From Nitrospirales bacterium (lineage in GTDB: Bacteria > Nitrospirota > Nitrospiria > Nitrospirales > UBA8639), in assembly GCA_965203295.1 (NCBI GenBank), contig CBDBCZ010000016.1:832001-896000 (forward strand): a stretch of 64,000 nucleotides of DNA. The letters run 5' to 3'. Below are positions 1-13,029 of this stretch, one piece after another; position 1 is the stretch's first letter, and each line of letters begins with the position of its first letter. The translations under genes were made by a program, and so were the position numbers. A model generated the notes under the pieces. The model worked only from the letters and a program-made list of their open reading frames with translations, was not told the DNA's origin and made no database searches.

Positions 1-3000
1 AAAGATTTTAAGATATTCTGCAGGCGAATGACTTTTGAGTGCCCACCTGACTTATTCAGTCAGATTGACCAAGAAAAGACTAACCTTGTCGTGAAGGTAA
101 AGGAAATTGGTCCTGCAGAAGGATGTCCTATTGAAACTGTAAGACACTTGCATAACTCTCTTGGTGACATCCTGGGAGTCCAACCTTCGACGCTCCAACT
201 CTGCCGAATTGATGAGGGGTGCATGGAAGTACTGTTTCAGGTCCCATCCTTTGTCGAGGAGGACATCTTCCCCCTGTCCATGGAACAAGAGAGTTCACTC
301 ACTTCTATTGGTGTGATCAAGCTCACCTGCGGAAACTATTGTTTCCCCCAACCACCAGAGGTATATTTGCATAAGGTTCAAAACCATTTGTAATTTTAGC
401 TCTTGTAATCTTTTTTTTAGGTACTGGTGCCACTGACATCTGCACGAGCTGAAACTCAGAAACGTATGTTCTATCATAGATAGTATTCTACTATCTATGG
501 TTCTATCACAATGAGTGGGATGTGGTAAAGAGAAGCTAGCTTGAATTTTACACTCCTTTACACCTCCATACTGTGAACATGCATGATTAAAATCAAGTTA
601 TTTTCTTTCATGCTTTTTTCCCCATGCATAGATGAAGAGCCACCAAGGAGGAAAGAGCTGGTTGATGTAAAGCCAAAAGTTCCAGGGATTGGCATGCACA
701 AGGAATTAGCAAGTGAAGAGCTACACATTAAGGCTCAGAGACAAAGCATTCTGAAGTCTGCGGCACAACTATCCTTAGGTGGGCTTCTAGACTGTTTCCG
801 GCTAGGTCACTGATGGCTAATGCCGGAAGAGCTAGTAATCAGAGACCGAGAGCTTGCATGCACCATGGCATGGGTACCTCTGCCAGGCTCACTAAACTAA
901 AAATTCTGCCAATTCCTGGGGTCAGTAAGCTATTAAGTTTAAACAGTTATTAGTCTCATACCCAGGCTCCCCCCACCCTAATAAAAGAAGCGAGGGTCTG
1001 GGAGATATTTTAAAGGTATTGTCCATTTAATTAGCTCGCATACATTCTCGGCTGTTAAGAAATAGTTATCCAGACCCTCTGCACAGTTTCATATCTTTTC
1101 TTTTTCAGAGTGGGGAACCATATGCACTCAATTATCTCGTGTGTATGTAAACAAGTGCTGCATTAGAAAGGATGTTGGGTGGCGGTTTGCGTGGCTTCAG
1201 TCAATCAGTTATTGTTTAGGCGAAGTTTCAGCAGTTAGATATCCAGGACTTTTAGGCTGGAAGTTACCAATTGGACAATCTGCATGTGGTCAAGTTTTAG
1301 TTTAGTGAGTTTTAGTGAGCTTTAGCTGGCTGGCAGTCAGTGAAAGTTAGTGAGTGAAGTTTGCAGAAAGTTAAAGGTTATATGGGCCTTGATTTCTAGT
1401 TTCTGTGTGTTTGTAATGACCCTTGCTATTGAGCTGTGGTTGTAAAAATTCGGCTATCATCAACATGGACCCGGAGGTAGGCTACATAAAGCTTAAGATG
1501 TCTGCTAGTTGCTGTCTTTAACCGCTCATTTTGTGTTACTACTGCCGTAATATATCTAGCAGTACATTTTTCCAGTCGGAGTAGGATAGCCTGCTTATAA
1601 CAAAGAACATCTGATGCGGCTATGAAACTCATCAAACTTTCCACCTCTCGCGAAATGTCTTTAAGGACATGCAATATGTCGCCATATTTACAAGGGGAGG
1701 AGCTGTTACATGGTAACAGCATACTTACAGTTGATGTTGTAAACGTAGTGCTTTACAGCCCTTCGAAAAACACTTTCACTTCCAGACTCATATCCTATTA
1801 TATTCAGACAAGAAGCCATAATATGTCGACACTCCTTCACCCTTGGCTATATGCATAAGCTAAAGCAGGTATAACTACAGAATCAAGGGTATAAATACTA
1901 TCATTGCAACTGAAGATGGGAAAGTCATAAAGGACGTCTGAAGAATGAACCTGGCTACATAAATAATCTTTTTGGTTTCTGCTTATACACATAAATATGG
2001 TAAAAAAAATATTCTTTGGAGATAAGAAAACAGGTAATAGAATTATTTGTAGAGTGTAGATTTCACTCATTCACACACTCCTTGGCATTATAAGTAGTAA
2101 ATGTAAACATTTACACTTCCAGCTGCAGAATCTGAGGCAACCAGATGGCTAGAAGTACCTCTTGCCCAACCTGAAGACACACAAGGTTTGCTCCTGTATA
2201 CCAGAATATGTAGTATCACATAATTTTTTGTGATATCACTTTATTGTTTCATTAAAAAATTACAGAAGCTAACCCGTCATCAGGGAGAATGAATTTTAGC
2301 TGGGCAAGATTTGTCTGCTCACCACTTGGCATTTACAAATAGAAAATACAAACCCAGGCTCAAATCCACCTGCAATCTTGCAACTACAGGAACTGAGGTA
2401 ACAAGACAGCCTGAAGTGCCTATACACTCTGATGCTGAAATACAGTCTGAGATTGTTACAACCACTCGAGTTAAATTTAAAGAAATGCAACAAGGTTTGT
2501 TCCCAGTTGTACCCGATTGTGCTGGTATTAATTTATAGGGTGTCTCTCTAGGGCTAGCTCAAGGTTTTGATAGCAAATAACATACATAAGCTCCATAGAT
2601 CTAGCCACTCATCAGCCTAGAGTGTATCTTAGGTAGGCAAGATATGATTACTCACTACATGGTGTTTGCAAATAGTAAAGATAAACCCATGCTCAAATCC
2701 ACATGCACCCTTGCAGCTACAAGAGCTGATTCAGAAGCAGCCATGCAGCTAGAAGTACCATCAGATTCTACTCACACCAATACTGAAATGCAGCCTGAGA
2801 TTGCTACAACCTCTCCTGCCAAAGAAGGTTTGTTCCCACTATGTCAGAATATGCAGTATCGTGTAACTATTATTACTCCACACCTGCGTGAGTGGGGTTA
2901 AGCAGTGTTTTCTTTCTGTCTGTTGTTGTTATTGTTGTCCATCTGTCATAAAATGTATTGAAATCTTCATAACACGTGATTTAGAGACTCTAATAATTTC

Positions 3001-4530
3001 AAAGCAGGAGGTTAACAATGATTTTGTTTTTCATATATCAGCTTGTATGTACCAGGTAAAGCACAATATTAATGTCATTATATTCTGTGCGGTTATTAGG
3101 TTTTTCTGATTATCAGTGCCATCCACCATTTTAGTACAGCAATGGGACATGCCTATTGCTTGCGGGGTCCAGATCCGGATACATGATAGCGTTGTGATAA
3201 TTTACACAGAGAATGGATTGGAAAAGGTTGTCACTTCTGGGACAAATGCGTGTTACAATCATGGGACATTTTAGTTCATTACATGCAGCACAGCTGGTAC
3301 AGCTACGTGAGCTCCATACAAAGTCAGAGGTATTTTTTGAAATAAGATTAGCATGGTGAATGAGATGGTGCGTGGTGCTGTTGACTCTGCTCAAGCAAGA
3401 AGAGTATGTGTAGGAAAATGGCACCTTTTACAGCTGGAAGGCTCATTCTATGCTAGTAGCTGAGAGCACGTGTAGAAAGCGCAAGCGCGTGCCACGTGCA
3501 GAACAGCAACTACGATTGATCAGTAAGTCAGTAGTACAATGGCACACTTGCACTATAGCAAAATTCTAATTAAAGCACAATTTTTTCAGCCGTTGCCCCT
3601 AGCGACCAAATATGTTGTAGCCCTTAATGCACTTAAGAAAAAAATCCAAGTTTGAAAATCATAGCTTGTTTGATCATTAAGATATGCAGAGGCAAAGTTT
3701 GCAAATTCCTGTACATTTACAATGGAGAGGTGCTTTTTTGACCCCCAAAGTCAGTTGGGGGTCAAAAAAGCACATCTCCATTAAGAATGTACAGGAAATC
3801 AAAAATTTTGCTTCTGCATATCTTAATGATCAAACAAGCTATGATTTTCAAACTTGGATTTTTTCTTAAATGTATTAAGGGCTACAACATATTTGGTCGC
3901 TAGGGGCAACGGCTGAAAAAATTGTGCTCTAATTAGAATTTTTGCTATAGTGTAAGTCTGCCATTGAATTCATTTTTAAGTTAAGGAGGCCTTTAGCCTT
4001 GTCTAGAAGCACCGCCTAGCAGTTGGAGTGCTTTCTTGCCAGTTGTGTGGTCACAGATTCATAGTGTAAAAGCACTTTGCCAAAACCAGTCATGTAGGGA
4101 TGCATTTACACCAAAAACTACTTCCCCAAAAACCAATGAAACAAGTGACATCACAGCACAATGCATTTACCGCATAGCTCCCATCCCTACATCTTTCCAA
4201 CTGCACCCACCCCAATCGTGTGGCATTCCCATTTTAAGTTGCAATTTTACTTGCTGGCTTGTCATCAAGAAGAATACATCCCAGTATTTAACTATTCACT
4301 TCTTGGCAGTTAGCAATATGCTACTCACCAATATTGACTATTATTATTGATGTTATGTTCATGTATGTGCACTTATTTCATTAATTGAATTGACACTTCT
4401 GGATGTATGAGCACAATCAGCTAGTTTCATTCATCTTGCTTTGCTACAGGTAATGTAGTTGAAAACAAAGATGCTCAAAATGGTAGTTCCAGACCACATT
4501 CTCTGATACCACCCAAGCTCATCCAAAATG
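1..4530 (+). CDS. Upstream exon cluster, probably the 5' part of the same RNF213-like gene; starts before the window
   Basis: Predicted exons <1-360, 421-463, 632-778, 2123-2185, ~2300/2390-2494, ~2633/2717-2827 and 4450-4530, with canonical splice sites and no stop. The last exon ends in phase 1, matching the phase-1 acceptor at 14273. The first exon (KDFKIFCRR..LQLCRIDEGCMEVLFQVP..IFPLS) resembles a module that follows death-fold domains in sponge proteins (recalled, not searched). Confidence 0.6.
475..499. mobile_element. 25-bp CATAGA..TCTATG palindrome with 7-bp TSD (P-like footprint)
   Basis: GTTCTAT|CATAGATAGTA-TTC-TACTATCTATG|GTTCTAT. Confidence 0.7.
3537..3966. mobile_element. Foldback/palindromic MITE, ~430 bp
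   Basis: Two ~212-bp highly similar inverted arms separated by a 6-nt loop (AGTCAG, ~3749-54). Confidence 0.88.
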
Positions 4531-4535
4531 GTATG

Positions 4536-4574
<39 letters not shown>

Positions 4575-5454
4575 TTGGTAGCATAATATTTTTACCTTGT
4601 GGCGCATATGAGCAAGCGGGGTTAAGCAAATAGTTTTGTCCGTCTGTTATCATTGTCAGTTATAAACAAATTGAAATATCGTTATATTGCGTGATTTGAA
4701 GGCCATAACAAAAGGAAGTAACAATTGAAATCCAAAAACAAATTGATATATATGTGTACCTCATAGTGACTGAAGCTGTTCTAGTCTCTGCATGCCCAAA
4801 TCTTTCTTGTTCAACATCGATAAGGTCCGCCATTTTCATACGGTCAAGAACTCAAATATGACAGAGGCCAGGCATGCACGGTCTCTTGTCACGTGTTCAT
4901 ACAAAAGCATCTGTGTGATTACTACGATGATCAGTGATGCCTACAGCTTGGATACAACAATACTTGAGCATGATATATATGCATGTCTTTTAGGCCCTGT
5001 CATCAGAGTCCCGGAGCACGAGGTATATATCTCTGCTAGAGACTTCTAGTTGTATGATTTCTTAGTAGCTATTAGCCAACATTTATATTCCCAGAAGCTG
5101 TTGTGATATCTGTGGTCATGTCTCTCAACTCTGTATTGTGGAGATATTAGTAGAAAAGAGAAAAGAGCTAATGAATTGCAGTATCCCTCCCCACTGTGTG
5201 GGTGGGGGTAACAAGGCATATTGGCCCAGAAATTAGGCATTGGAATGACGGTATCAAAACTGTTCTATGAGCATTAGCTATGGCAAGCGACTATCAATCC
5301 CCATTAGGATGATCTATACCTACTTGTACCATAATTATTGCACCTCTGCATGAAAGGCACCGCCCAGGGTATATCAGTCATACACCCTAGCGGTGCACTT
5401 TGAACTGTCAGTATACCTAAGGTATATGGTTTCCAGGCAACTAAGGCTTCACCT

Positions 5455-6072
5455 GTACCATAGGTTTCTAGGGTGTATGGGTTTTTGTAACAAGTTACCA
5501 AGGAACCGCTGGGTTATATCTGGGTTATACACCTTATTAATAATCAAACAGAGGTATAAGTAGCCAGACAATTACCAGTTATACCATGCCTATATGTCAG
5601 TTTGGGTGAGGGGAATTTAAAGTCCGAGGCGAAGCCGAGGAGTTTAATCCCTCACCCAAACTGACCTTTAAGTGATTTAATGTACATTGGTATAGCAATG
5701 ATCCCTGTAGGTGGCCTTCTTTGAGTGCTATAAGCGTGGGAAAAAGTGGTTGCCATGGTAATGTACATTAAACTTGCATGGCATCCTATAGCAACACACT
5801 TGTGACAATCCTTTGAGGTGTGCCCTGGACCATGCCTAATTGCTATAGTAGCCACCCCTGAGCACTAACCTGTAACTAATTCCACTTGTGTGAGCAGTTT
5901 AGCTTTATTGGCTTCCACTGTGCCTCTGCCAATAAATCCCTACAACCACTTTCACTTTGTGCTATAGGTAATAGTTAAAGGTCAGTTTGGGTGTGGAGAG
6001 TTTAAAGTTCGAGGCAAAGCCGAGGATTTTAACCCCTCACCCAATCCCATACACCCTAGAAACCCATGGTAC
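5455..6072. mobile_element. Inverted-repeat element with internal CGAGGCGAAGCCGAGG hairpins
   Basis: GTACCATAGGTTTCTAGGGTGTATGGG and CCCATACACCCTAGAAACCCATGGTAC are inverted. Two copies of a GTCAGTTTGGGTG..GAGGC(G/A)AAGCCGAGG..CTCACCCAA hairpin lie at ~5596 and ~5980. Confidence 0.7.
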
Positions 6073-6443
6073 AACTATTACTAATACATCCAAGACCTGT
6101 ATACATTTTAACATAGACCATCAGTTGCAACACATATTTGTCAATGACTAGATATGTAGAAGGGAGAGTGTGGTACTTTCAGGACAGAATGGGTTTCCAA
6201 CTTTATGAAGTTGTTTGATCCATGTTTAAACTTTGACAGGCCAAGGAAATGTCACATACTAAATCTGCATGCGTTGTGTATATTCACAATGATGTAACCA
6301 ACGTACGTCCATACCATGTCATTGGCACTCTGGTGCTGAGACAGGGAATGCTCTAATCTTTCAAAAGGATAGTGCAGTGGTGAGCCAGCCTTGGGGAAAC
6401 CTCACCTGTTCTGGGAACACAGAACTATTACATACGTAGCTGA

Positions 6444-7254
6444 TAGCCTTATTCCCTGTCCTTCCCACCCCGGCTTTTGTCTCACAGCCATGGAATAAAA
6501 GTGAGAGGGAAGGCCTATATCAATTATGTGAAGCCATACTAAAACAACACTACTGTACATATATAATATGTGTGTGGTAGCCTTATATGCCCGTGCACTA
6601 GTCTAATTGCATGCATGCAAGTGTGTGTATGTAACCAACTACGTCATTATTTTGACTAAACTTTCAATCTTGTATGGACGGCAGGGATGTACATTACAGT
6701 AAGTTCTGACTGTCCGTGACTGAAAGGATTGCTCTTGAATGCCTGATGGAGGATGAGAGGCCATGACAGTGAGAAGTGCTCTTACCTGTCATTTAGCTGG
6801 TCAATCTGAGCTTATTGCTGCCCGAAGGATTGTCTGTCTAAGTCAATGGCTCTCAATTGTGCCGTTTCAATCATTCTGTAGTTAACAGATGCTGTTTTAA
6901 ATTAGTGTGTGTGTATGTAGTATCATTGCATGGGCATAAAAGTCTATGTGCGTGTACCGTATAGCGCCAAATTTTCGAGGCGCACAATTTTCGCGGTTTG
7001 GTCATACTGAATATTTCACAGAAATAAATTTCGCAAACCAAGGATGCTTCGCATATACACACGCGTATACAACGAAACACGAGCTTAATTTTCATGGTCT
7101 GAGACCAATCCGCGAAAACCACGAAAATTATGCGCCTTAAAAAATTTGGCGCTATACAGTATCTACATCACAGCATAATAATCGGCACTAGGCCTTGCTT
7201 TTTCTCAATGGCTGTGAAATAAAAGTTAGGGTGAGAGGACTAGGAATGAGGATA
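6444..7254. mobile_element. Degenerate TAGCCT-family MITE containing a nested MITE
   Basis: TAGCCTTATTCCC..CACAGCCATGG is inverted relative to ATGGCTGTGA..GGAATGAGGATA. Confidence 0.6.
6955..7161. mobile_element. Tc1/mariner-like MITE with TA flanks
   Basis: TACCGTATAGCGCCAAATTTT..GGCGCACAATTTTCG and CGAAAATTATGCGCC..AAAATTTGGCGCTATACAGTA form ~45-bp TIRs. Confidence 0.8.
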
Positions 7255-7365
7255 TGTAGAGGGTTACAAGTGCACACATCATCTCTTTGCTATTAATAAT
7301 ACCAGTACTTGTGCTTGTTGAACTCGCTCTCTTTGCTCACTCCGTACGGATAGAAATGAAAAGTG

Positions 7366-10300
7366 TCACCTCCATGTGATGTGTATGGAACATTTAGCAT
7401 CTGCCAATGGCAGTAGTGCTGCTGACTGAGCCACGTGCACCTCCACATTCAGACCTTTGCTGTGGAACCATCGGTTGCACACTGGGCACTTGGCGGCTCC
7501 ATGCTGCTCCCACACAGGTTTTTGCCTTTCATTTCTACACTTGTACCTCTTCCTGTCACTCTCCCTTCTGAAGATTCTCAAGTACTCTTCACATACCACT
7601 TCTCTAGCTGCCTGCTCCGAATCCTGTGCTGTAGCTCGCAGTTCTACACTTTTCTCCAATCCCAGCCTATACATCGCCCTCCATCCTGGCCTAGATCTGC
7701 AAGCCTCCTCATACCACACACTCTCGTTCACCAGGTCTTTCTTGATTACATCCCTCCATCTCCTCCTGGGACCACATCTTGGACGAGGCTGAATTAACCA
7801 TCCAAACAGGGCAGATTTTGGGATTCTGTGGTCGGGCATGCAAACTTGGTGTCCCAACCTGCGCTTGGTCACCATTTCTGCTGCAGTATTGGCATCACCC
7901 CAACGACTCCTGATTTCACTCATTGTGATGTACTGCGTCCACTGCTGCTTGTTAGTGATGCCTAGAATGGTTCTAATGCATCTGTGATGGAAAGAGTTTA
8001 GCTTCCTCACATGCTTCCTGAGTGGAATCCAGCATTCAGAACCGTACAATAGTACATAGAGTACACATGCTTGGTATATCCTCCTCTTGGTGTCCAGTCT
8101 CAAGTTCCTGTCCAGGAAGAAAGCTTTCCTCAGTGCTCCAAAGGCTCTTGATGCCAGCGCTATTCTCCTCTCCACATCCACATCCACTCTACCAGAGGCT
8201 GCTGTGGTGGATTTGAGATAAAGAAACTCCTCTACTTCAGCAATTTCACCACCACTGACTGGTATCGATGTCTTGTTAATCTACAGCTTCTCTTCTAGTC
8301 GCCATGTGCTTGGTCTTAGGTATGCTGACTGTCAGACCAAAATTCATGCTAACGGATTGGAACTCTGCTACAGCTCTCTCTGCGCCCGATCTTGTGGAGG
8401 CAAGGATTGCACCATCATCAGCAAATAGACACTCTGTCAGCTTTCTCTCCATAGCATTTCTAGTGTATCTCCTGAATAGCTTCTCATCATACTTGTACTT
8501 GATGTTGATGCCAACACCAGGAACCCTCTCCACCCTAGCCTGCCAGCATTCCATCATCAAGCAAGTGTGAAGGTTGAAGATTACAGGGGGCATGCAGCAG
8601 CCTTGCCTAAGGTAACTGTCCACATCTGTCTCCTCCAGGAGATTACCTTTCAGGCAGATCTTGTCTTGCATGCCTTGGTGAGATGATCGAAAAACTAGAC
8701 AGTCTACTCTGGCATACTTAGTTTTCCTAGAACCACCCACAATGCACTCCTCGGCACAGAATCATAGGCCTTCTTTAGATCTACGAAGGTCAGAAATAGC
8801 TTAGCATTATACTCATACTCCCAAGACTTCTTCACAAGCTGACGCTCCGTGAATAACATATCTGTGCAGCTCCAGCTTCCCTTCCTACAATGGCACTGTG
8901 ACTTGGTCAGCTCATCCTCAGCCAGCTCTTGTAATCTCTTCTGCAGCACTCTCGCAACCATCTCCCCCACCACATCCAACACTGCTATCCCCCTCCAATT
9001 ATCACAGTTGCTAAGGTCACCCTTCTTTGAGATTGGAACTAGCACAGCATCTGACCAGGAACACAGCTCTCTTTTCACACCTTGCACACTAGGTCCAACA
9101 ACACATCAAAAAACTGGTTCTCACAATTAGCCACTTTCACCATCTCAAGAAATATACCAGAGCTGCAACCAACCTTTCCATTTTTATCTTCCCAGTTGCT
9201 CTCTCCAGCTCTTCCCTTGATGGTGCGTCATCATTATCCAGCTCTGCTTCATCAAACTTGCTCTGGATGTTCAGGATCTTGGTGAAGTGCCTCCTCCACC
9301 TCCGCTGTTGCAACTCCGAAGTACTGCAAAGATCACCTACTTCATCCCTCACCGTTGCTGATCTCACTGGGCAAGCCCCCTCCTGCCACGCTGGATATTC
9401 CTGATGCACCTCCATACTATCTTCCTTGATGTCTTCCCTTCTGTGTCTCCTCAGCCTTAGGCGAGAGCCAGGTATTTTTGGCTTCCCTAACGCACTGTCT
9501 AGCATCTCTCCTCATCTTCACAAACTTCTTCCTATCACTCTCTCGCTTTGTACTAAGCCACTTAGTGTACATCCTGTTTCTTTCTTCATGACGTTGTTGC
9601 AACACAGTGCTACTCTCTTGGAACCAGTTTGGATGTTTTTTCTTCCCTATCCCCAAGACTGATTTCGCTGACACACACAAGGCTGATTTCACCGCTGTTC
9701 ACTTCTGAACCTTCACTATCCCACAACTCCTGCACTCTCTCACACACCCATTTCTGAAGCTCGCCCCTAGTTGTCATCTCACCTTTGTCATCCACACACC
9801 TGCCTTGCAGTTTGGACACCTCAAATCTCTGTGCGCTGAGTCTATCATGTGACGCGCGGAACATCTTCTTCATCCCTACCAACAACTTTAACCGCAAAAT
9901 CTAATAGTCGGTTTTACACTCCGCTCCAAGCATCACTGATACACCCGCGCACCTGTGAAACGACTGCCTGACAATAGCATAATTATTGCAGTGCCATTTC
10001 TTGGACTTTGGGTGCTGCCAGGTCTACTGGTGAATCGCTATCTTCTGAAGCCAGGTGTTACATACTGTAGCTTCATTCAACTCGCCATACCCATGTGGGC
10101 CCCTCACATGCCGCCACTCCCCATCCACTCTTGAACCTACTCGAGCATTGAAATCTCCCAACATCACGTAGTTCTTTTCTGAAGGAATCATGGACAGTGC
10201 TTGCTGGAGTGAGTCAAAGAATTCATCTTTCTCTTCCCTGCCTGCAGCAAATTTTGGGCCATAACATGGCATGACATGCAGGCGGCCAGAGCTACCCCAT

Positions 10301-10680
10301 CCTGTTACTAAAGTAGCCGTAACAAACTTCAAGCTCCATGCCTTCCAACTACTTCCTCTTGCCTTCCACGCCCTTACTGCTGGACCAGCGAGCACAATGG
10401 CAACACCTTCACCTCACTTCTTCACTTGACCATCTCCAGGTGCTGGTCTACTAGCAATCAGGACCACACTCTCGCCCACTCTGTTCATCTCATCCCCAAA
10501 CCATTTTGTCTCCTGTGGAGCCGCAACATCCACACCATACCGACCTAACTCACTCGCCACTTGATCTATCCTTCTGTTCTCAGCATTCATCACATCATCA
10601 CTCCTAGCAGTCTTTGTATAACCTTCCACATCCAACAGTGACCTAACTTTCCCTCATGCCAAGTTCCACGCTGAAGATAC
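7366..10680 (-). mobile_element. Decayed non-LTR retrotransposon (RTE-like LINE), APE endonuclease plus reverse transcriptase, intronic
   Basis: Frameshifted ORF pieces appear in order. Endonuclease: QETKW, MLGDFNARVG. RT: PISKKGDLSNCDNWRGIA, FVDLKKAYDSV, LRQGC, LFADD. RTE-type C-terminus: LLYGSECW, RIPKSALFGWL, RRRWRDVIKKDL, CPVC. Confidence 0.92.
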
Positions 10681-11491
10681 CAGCTTTCGCTTTTGCTTTG
10701 GCTTTGTTCTATGTGCTTTACTACTAGATGGCTCATCCCAAGAGGTATGCAATCCTCTGTGGGAGAACAGACTTGGCACAAGCCGAGTGGTGCCACTGAA
10801 CAGCACTCTGTAATCACATTCACATCACGCCAACTCTGTACAGCCAGCTTTAGCCAGCCAATTCACAAATCTCTAAGTGGAAAGCTGCCCAGGGGTCACC
10901 ACGAGGAGGTGCTGACTAATCAGCCCCCCCCCCCCACACACACACACACACACTCACACATGCACATACACACACAGATGGACAAACTAAGGTTAAAGTA
11001 TTGCTGCTACTGTATTCCTTAAAATACTAGCAGCAATAAGAGGTCTCTTTCAGCATGTCTGATTAATTTCAGTCTTCATTTCGCCCTTTTCTACTTGCCC
11101 AATTTACCCACCATATCTGTTTGACCTATGTGAGAGACCTTTTTGCAGTCACTATGTGAGCACCACATAGCATATGGGTTGTGGTTATCATAGAGTACAG
11201 TAGTACTCCATATGTAGAGATGGCACAGAAAAAGCTTATGCACAGCAGACATTAGAACGCATTATTTTGTACAGGCTTAAATGTGGTGGTCAATTTTTCG
11301 AGCTGTACCTGTCATTCTCGGACATTTTTATAACCAAAAGAGTGATATACTCCATGATTGGTAAAGACATTGAAATTGTTAGGTCGCTGAACAGCCACTT
11401 CTTTTTGTTTCTATTCTCCACCAGGCTAGCACAATAATGGTTGAAGTGATTACAACGATTCTAACACGAACAGGCATAAATTTCTCTGGGG

Positions 11492-12075
11492 TACCATAAA
11501 CTCTGATAAATAACCGGGGGCGGTTATAATTAAAATTAGCAGCCTCAATGGGCGGTTACTTTTACATGGGCGGGTATAATCACAGATCGGTTATTTTTGC
11601 AAAACAACCGTTAATAGCGTGGCAGATTAACAGAAACATCCCCTACGTTGAGATTAGCCCGGTAGATGTAGTATCCCTTGAGGTAGGAAGCCTTCACAAC
11701 GAGCTCCATAGCATTACCTTAGCTATACCATAGCTTAGTCTTGTTCCCAGAACCCTCCACTAACCATAGCTAGGGTTTTCTCGCTACGACTAACGCTGAC
11801 TTCTTGGTTTTCACAGTCTGATACTCGTTGCTATTCTGTACAGTCGTGTTCTACGTATTAGCTGCATGCTCTGCTTGCTATAGACATTCACACGTGCAAA
11901 CGCTATTAATTTTACAGATTCCATTTCCTGCCTGGGCTGCAAGTGCAAATTATGGGCGGTTATGTTTACATAGAAGGTGTTACACACGAGTAAACTGTTG
12001 TTGCAGTAAATAGATTGGTTGTACTAGAGGGGTGGTTACTTTTAAGGGGGCAGTTATTTATCAGATTTTACCGTA
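11492..12075. mobile_element. Tc1/mariner-like MITE inserted at a TA inside an older repeat
   Basis: TIRs TACCATAAACTCTGATAAATAAC and GTTATTTATCAGATTTTACCGTA. The host repeat is uninterrupted in its copy near 26060. Confidence 0.75.
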
Positions 12076-12920
12076 TTGCACTCAAAGCATTCAAAACTCG
12101 AATTGGTTCAGCCGTGATTTATGAACACTCTCAAGTGGATGCTTGCTGTTTACACACCATTTTATGACTAGGACTACGTATATATGCAGACTGCCTGCCA
12201 CCACGTGGTTGTCTATTAAAAGCCTACCTTTAATTGTTCTGTCTGCTTTGGTCACATGAACTATACCTATAAAAATGAATACACTTACTCACATTAGCCT
12301 CATTCCCAGGCTCTCCCTGAAAAAAGGGGGAGAGTTTGGTAGTTTTATCACATGAGTGTTATGTAAGGTAGAGAGAACTTAATTAATTAATTGCATGTGG
12401 GCAAACAAAACCACAATAGTAGGTCCATGCATGATCCAACGGTCTATCAGTGAAAATAGTCAGAGAAATAGTGTCGAAGGGACTAAAACAAAAAATCACT
12501 CTTGTAGCATCATGGATAGGTGTCAAACTCATCAGTTCGGTACAGGCAAATGTACGTGTTCTGCGGTAAGCAGAAGAATATAATATGCCTACCCAGGCTT
12601 TATTACATACTTTTCTACATTTACTCTTCACAAAGACTGCCAGAAGTGCAATTGTTCTCGATCGCCAAGAACCTTGTGCTCAAGTAGCACGATAAATCAG
12701 CTCTGTGTGGGCAGGTTGCTATCGTTTTACCCATGCACACTTAAAGTATCTCTACCCTTAACGTCATTCGTGTGATAAAATATTGCAGGCGTTCCACGCT
12801 TTTCGTTCTGCAAGCGGCAAAAGCTGTGCAGAGGCCTGAAATCAACTCTTTGATGTTGAGTCTGTTGACGAAGCAACTAAATGAGTAATTCACAGACTGT
12901 GCACAACCATACTAATGTTC

Positions 12921-12951
<31 letters not shown>

Positions 12952-13029
12952 ATAAAACACAGCAGGAACAAAAACAGCTTGAAAAAGGATGTATAGGAAT
13001 GGAATCCAATTCATGTAGCCAAACAAGAT

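Noticed and set aside
7435..9662. + strand ORFs over the LINE
   Set aside because: Antisense shadows of the decayed ORF2.
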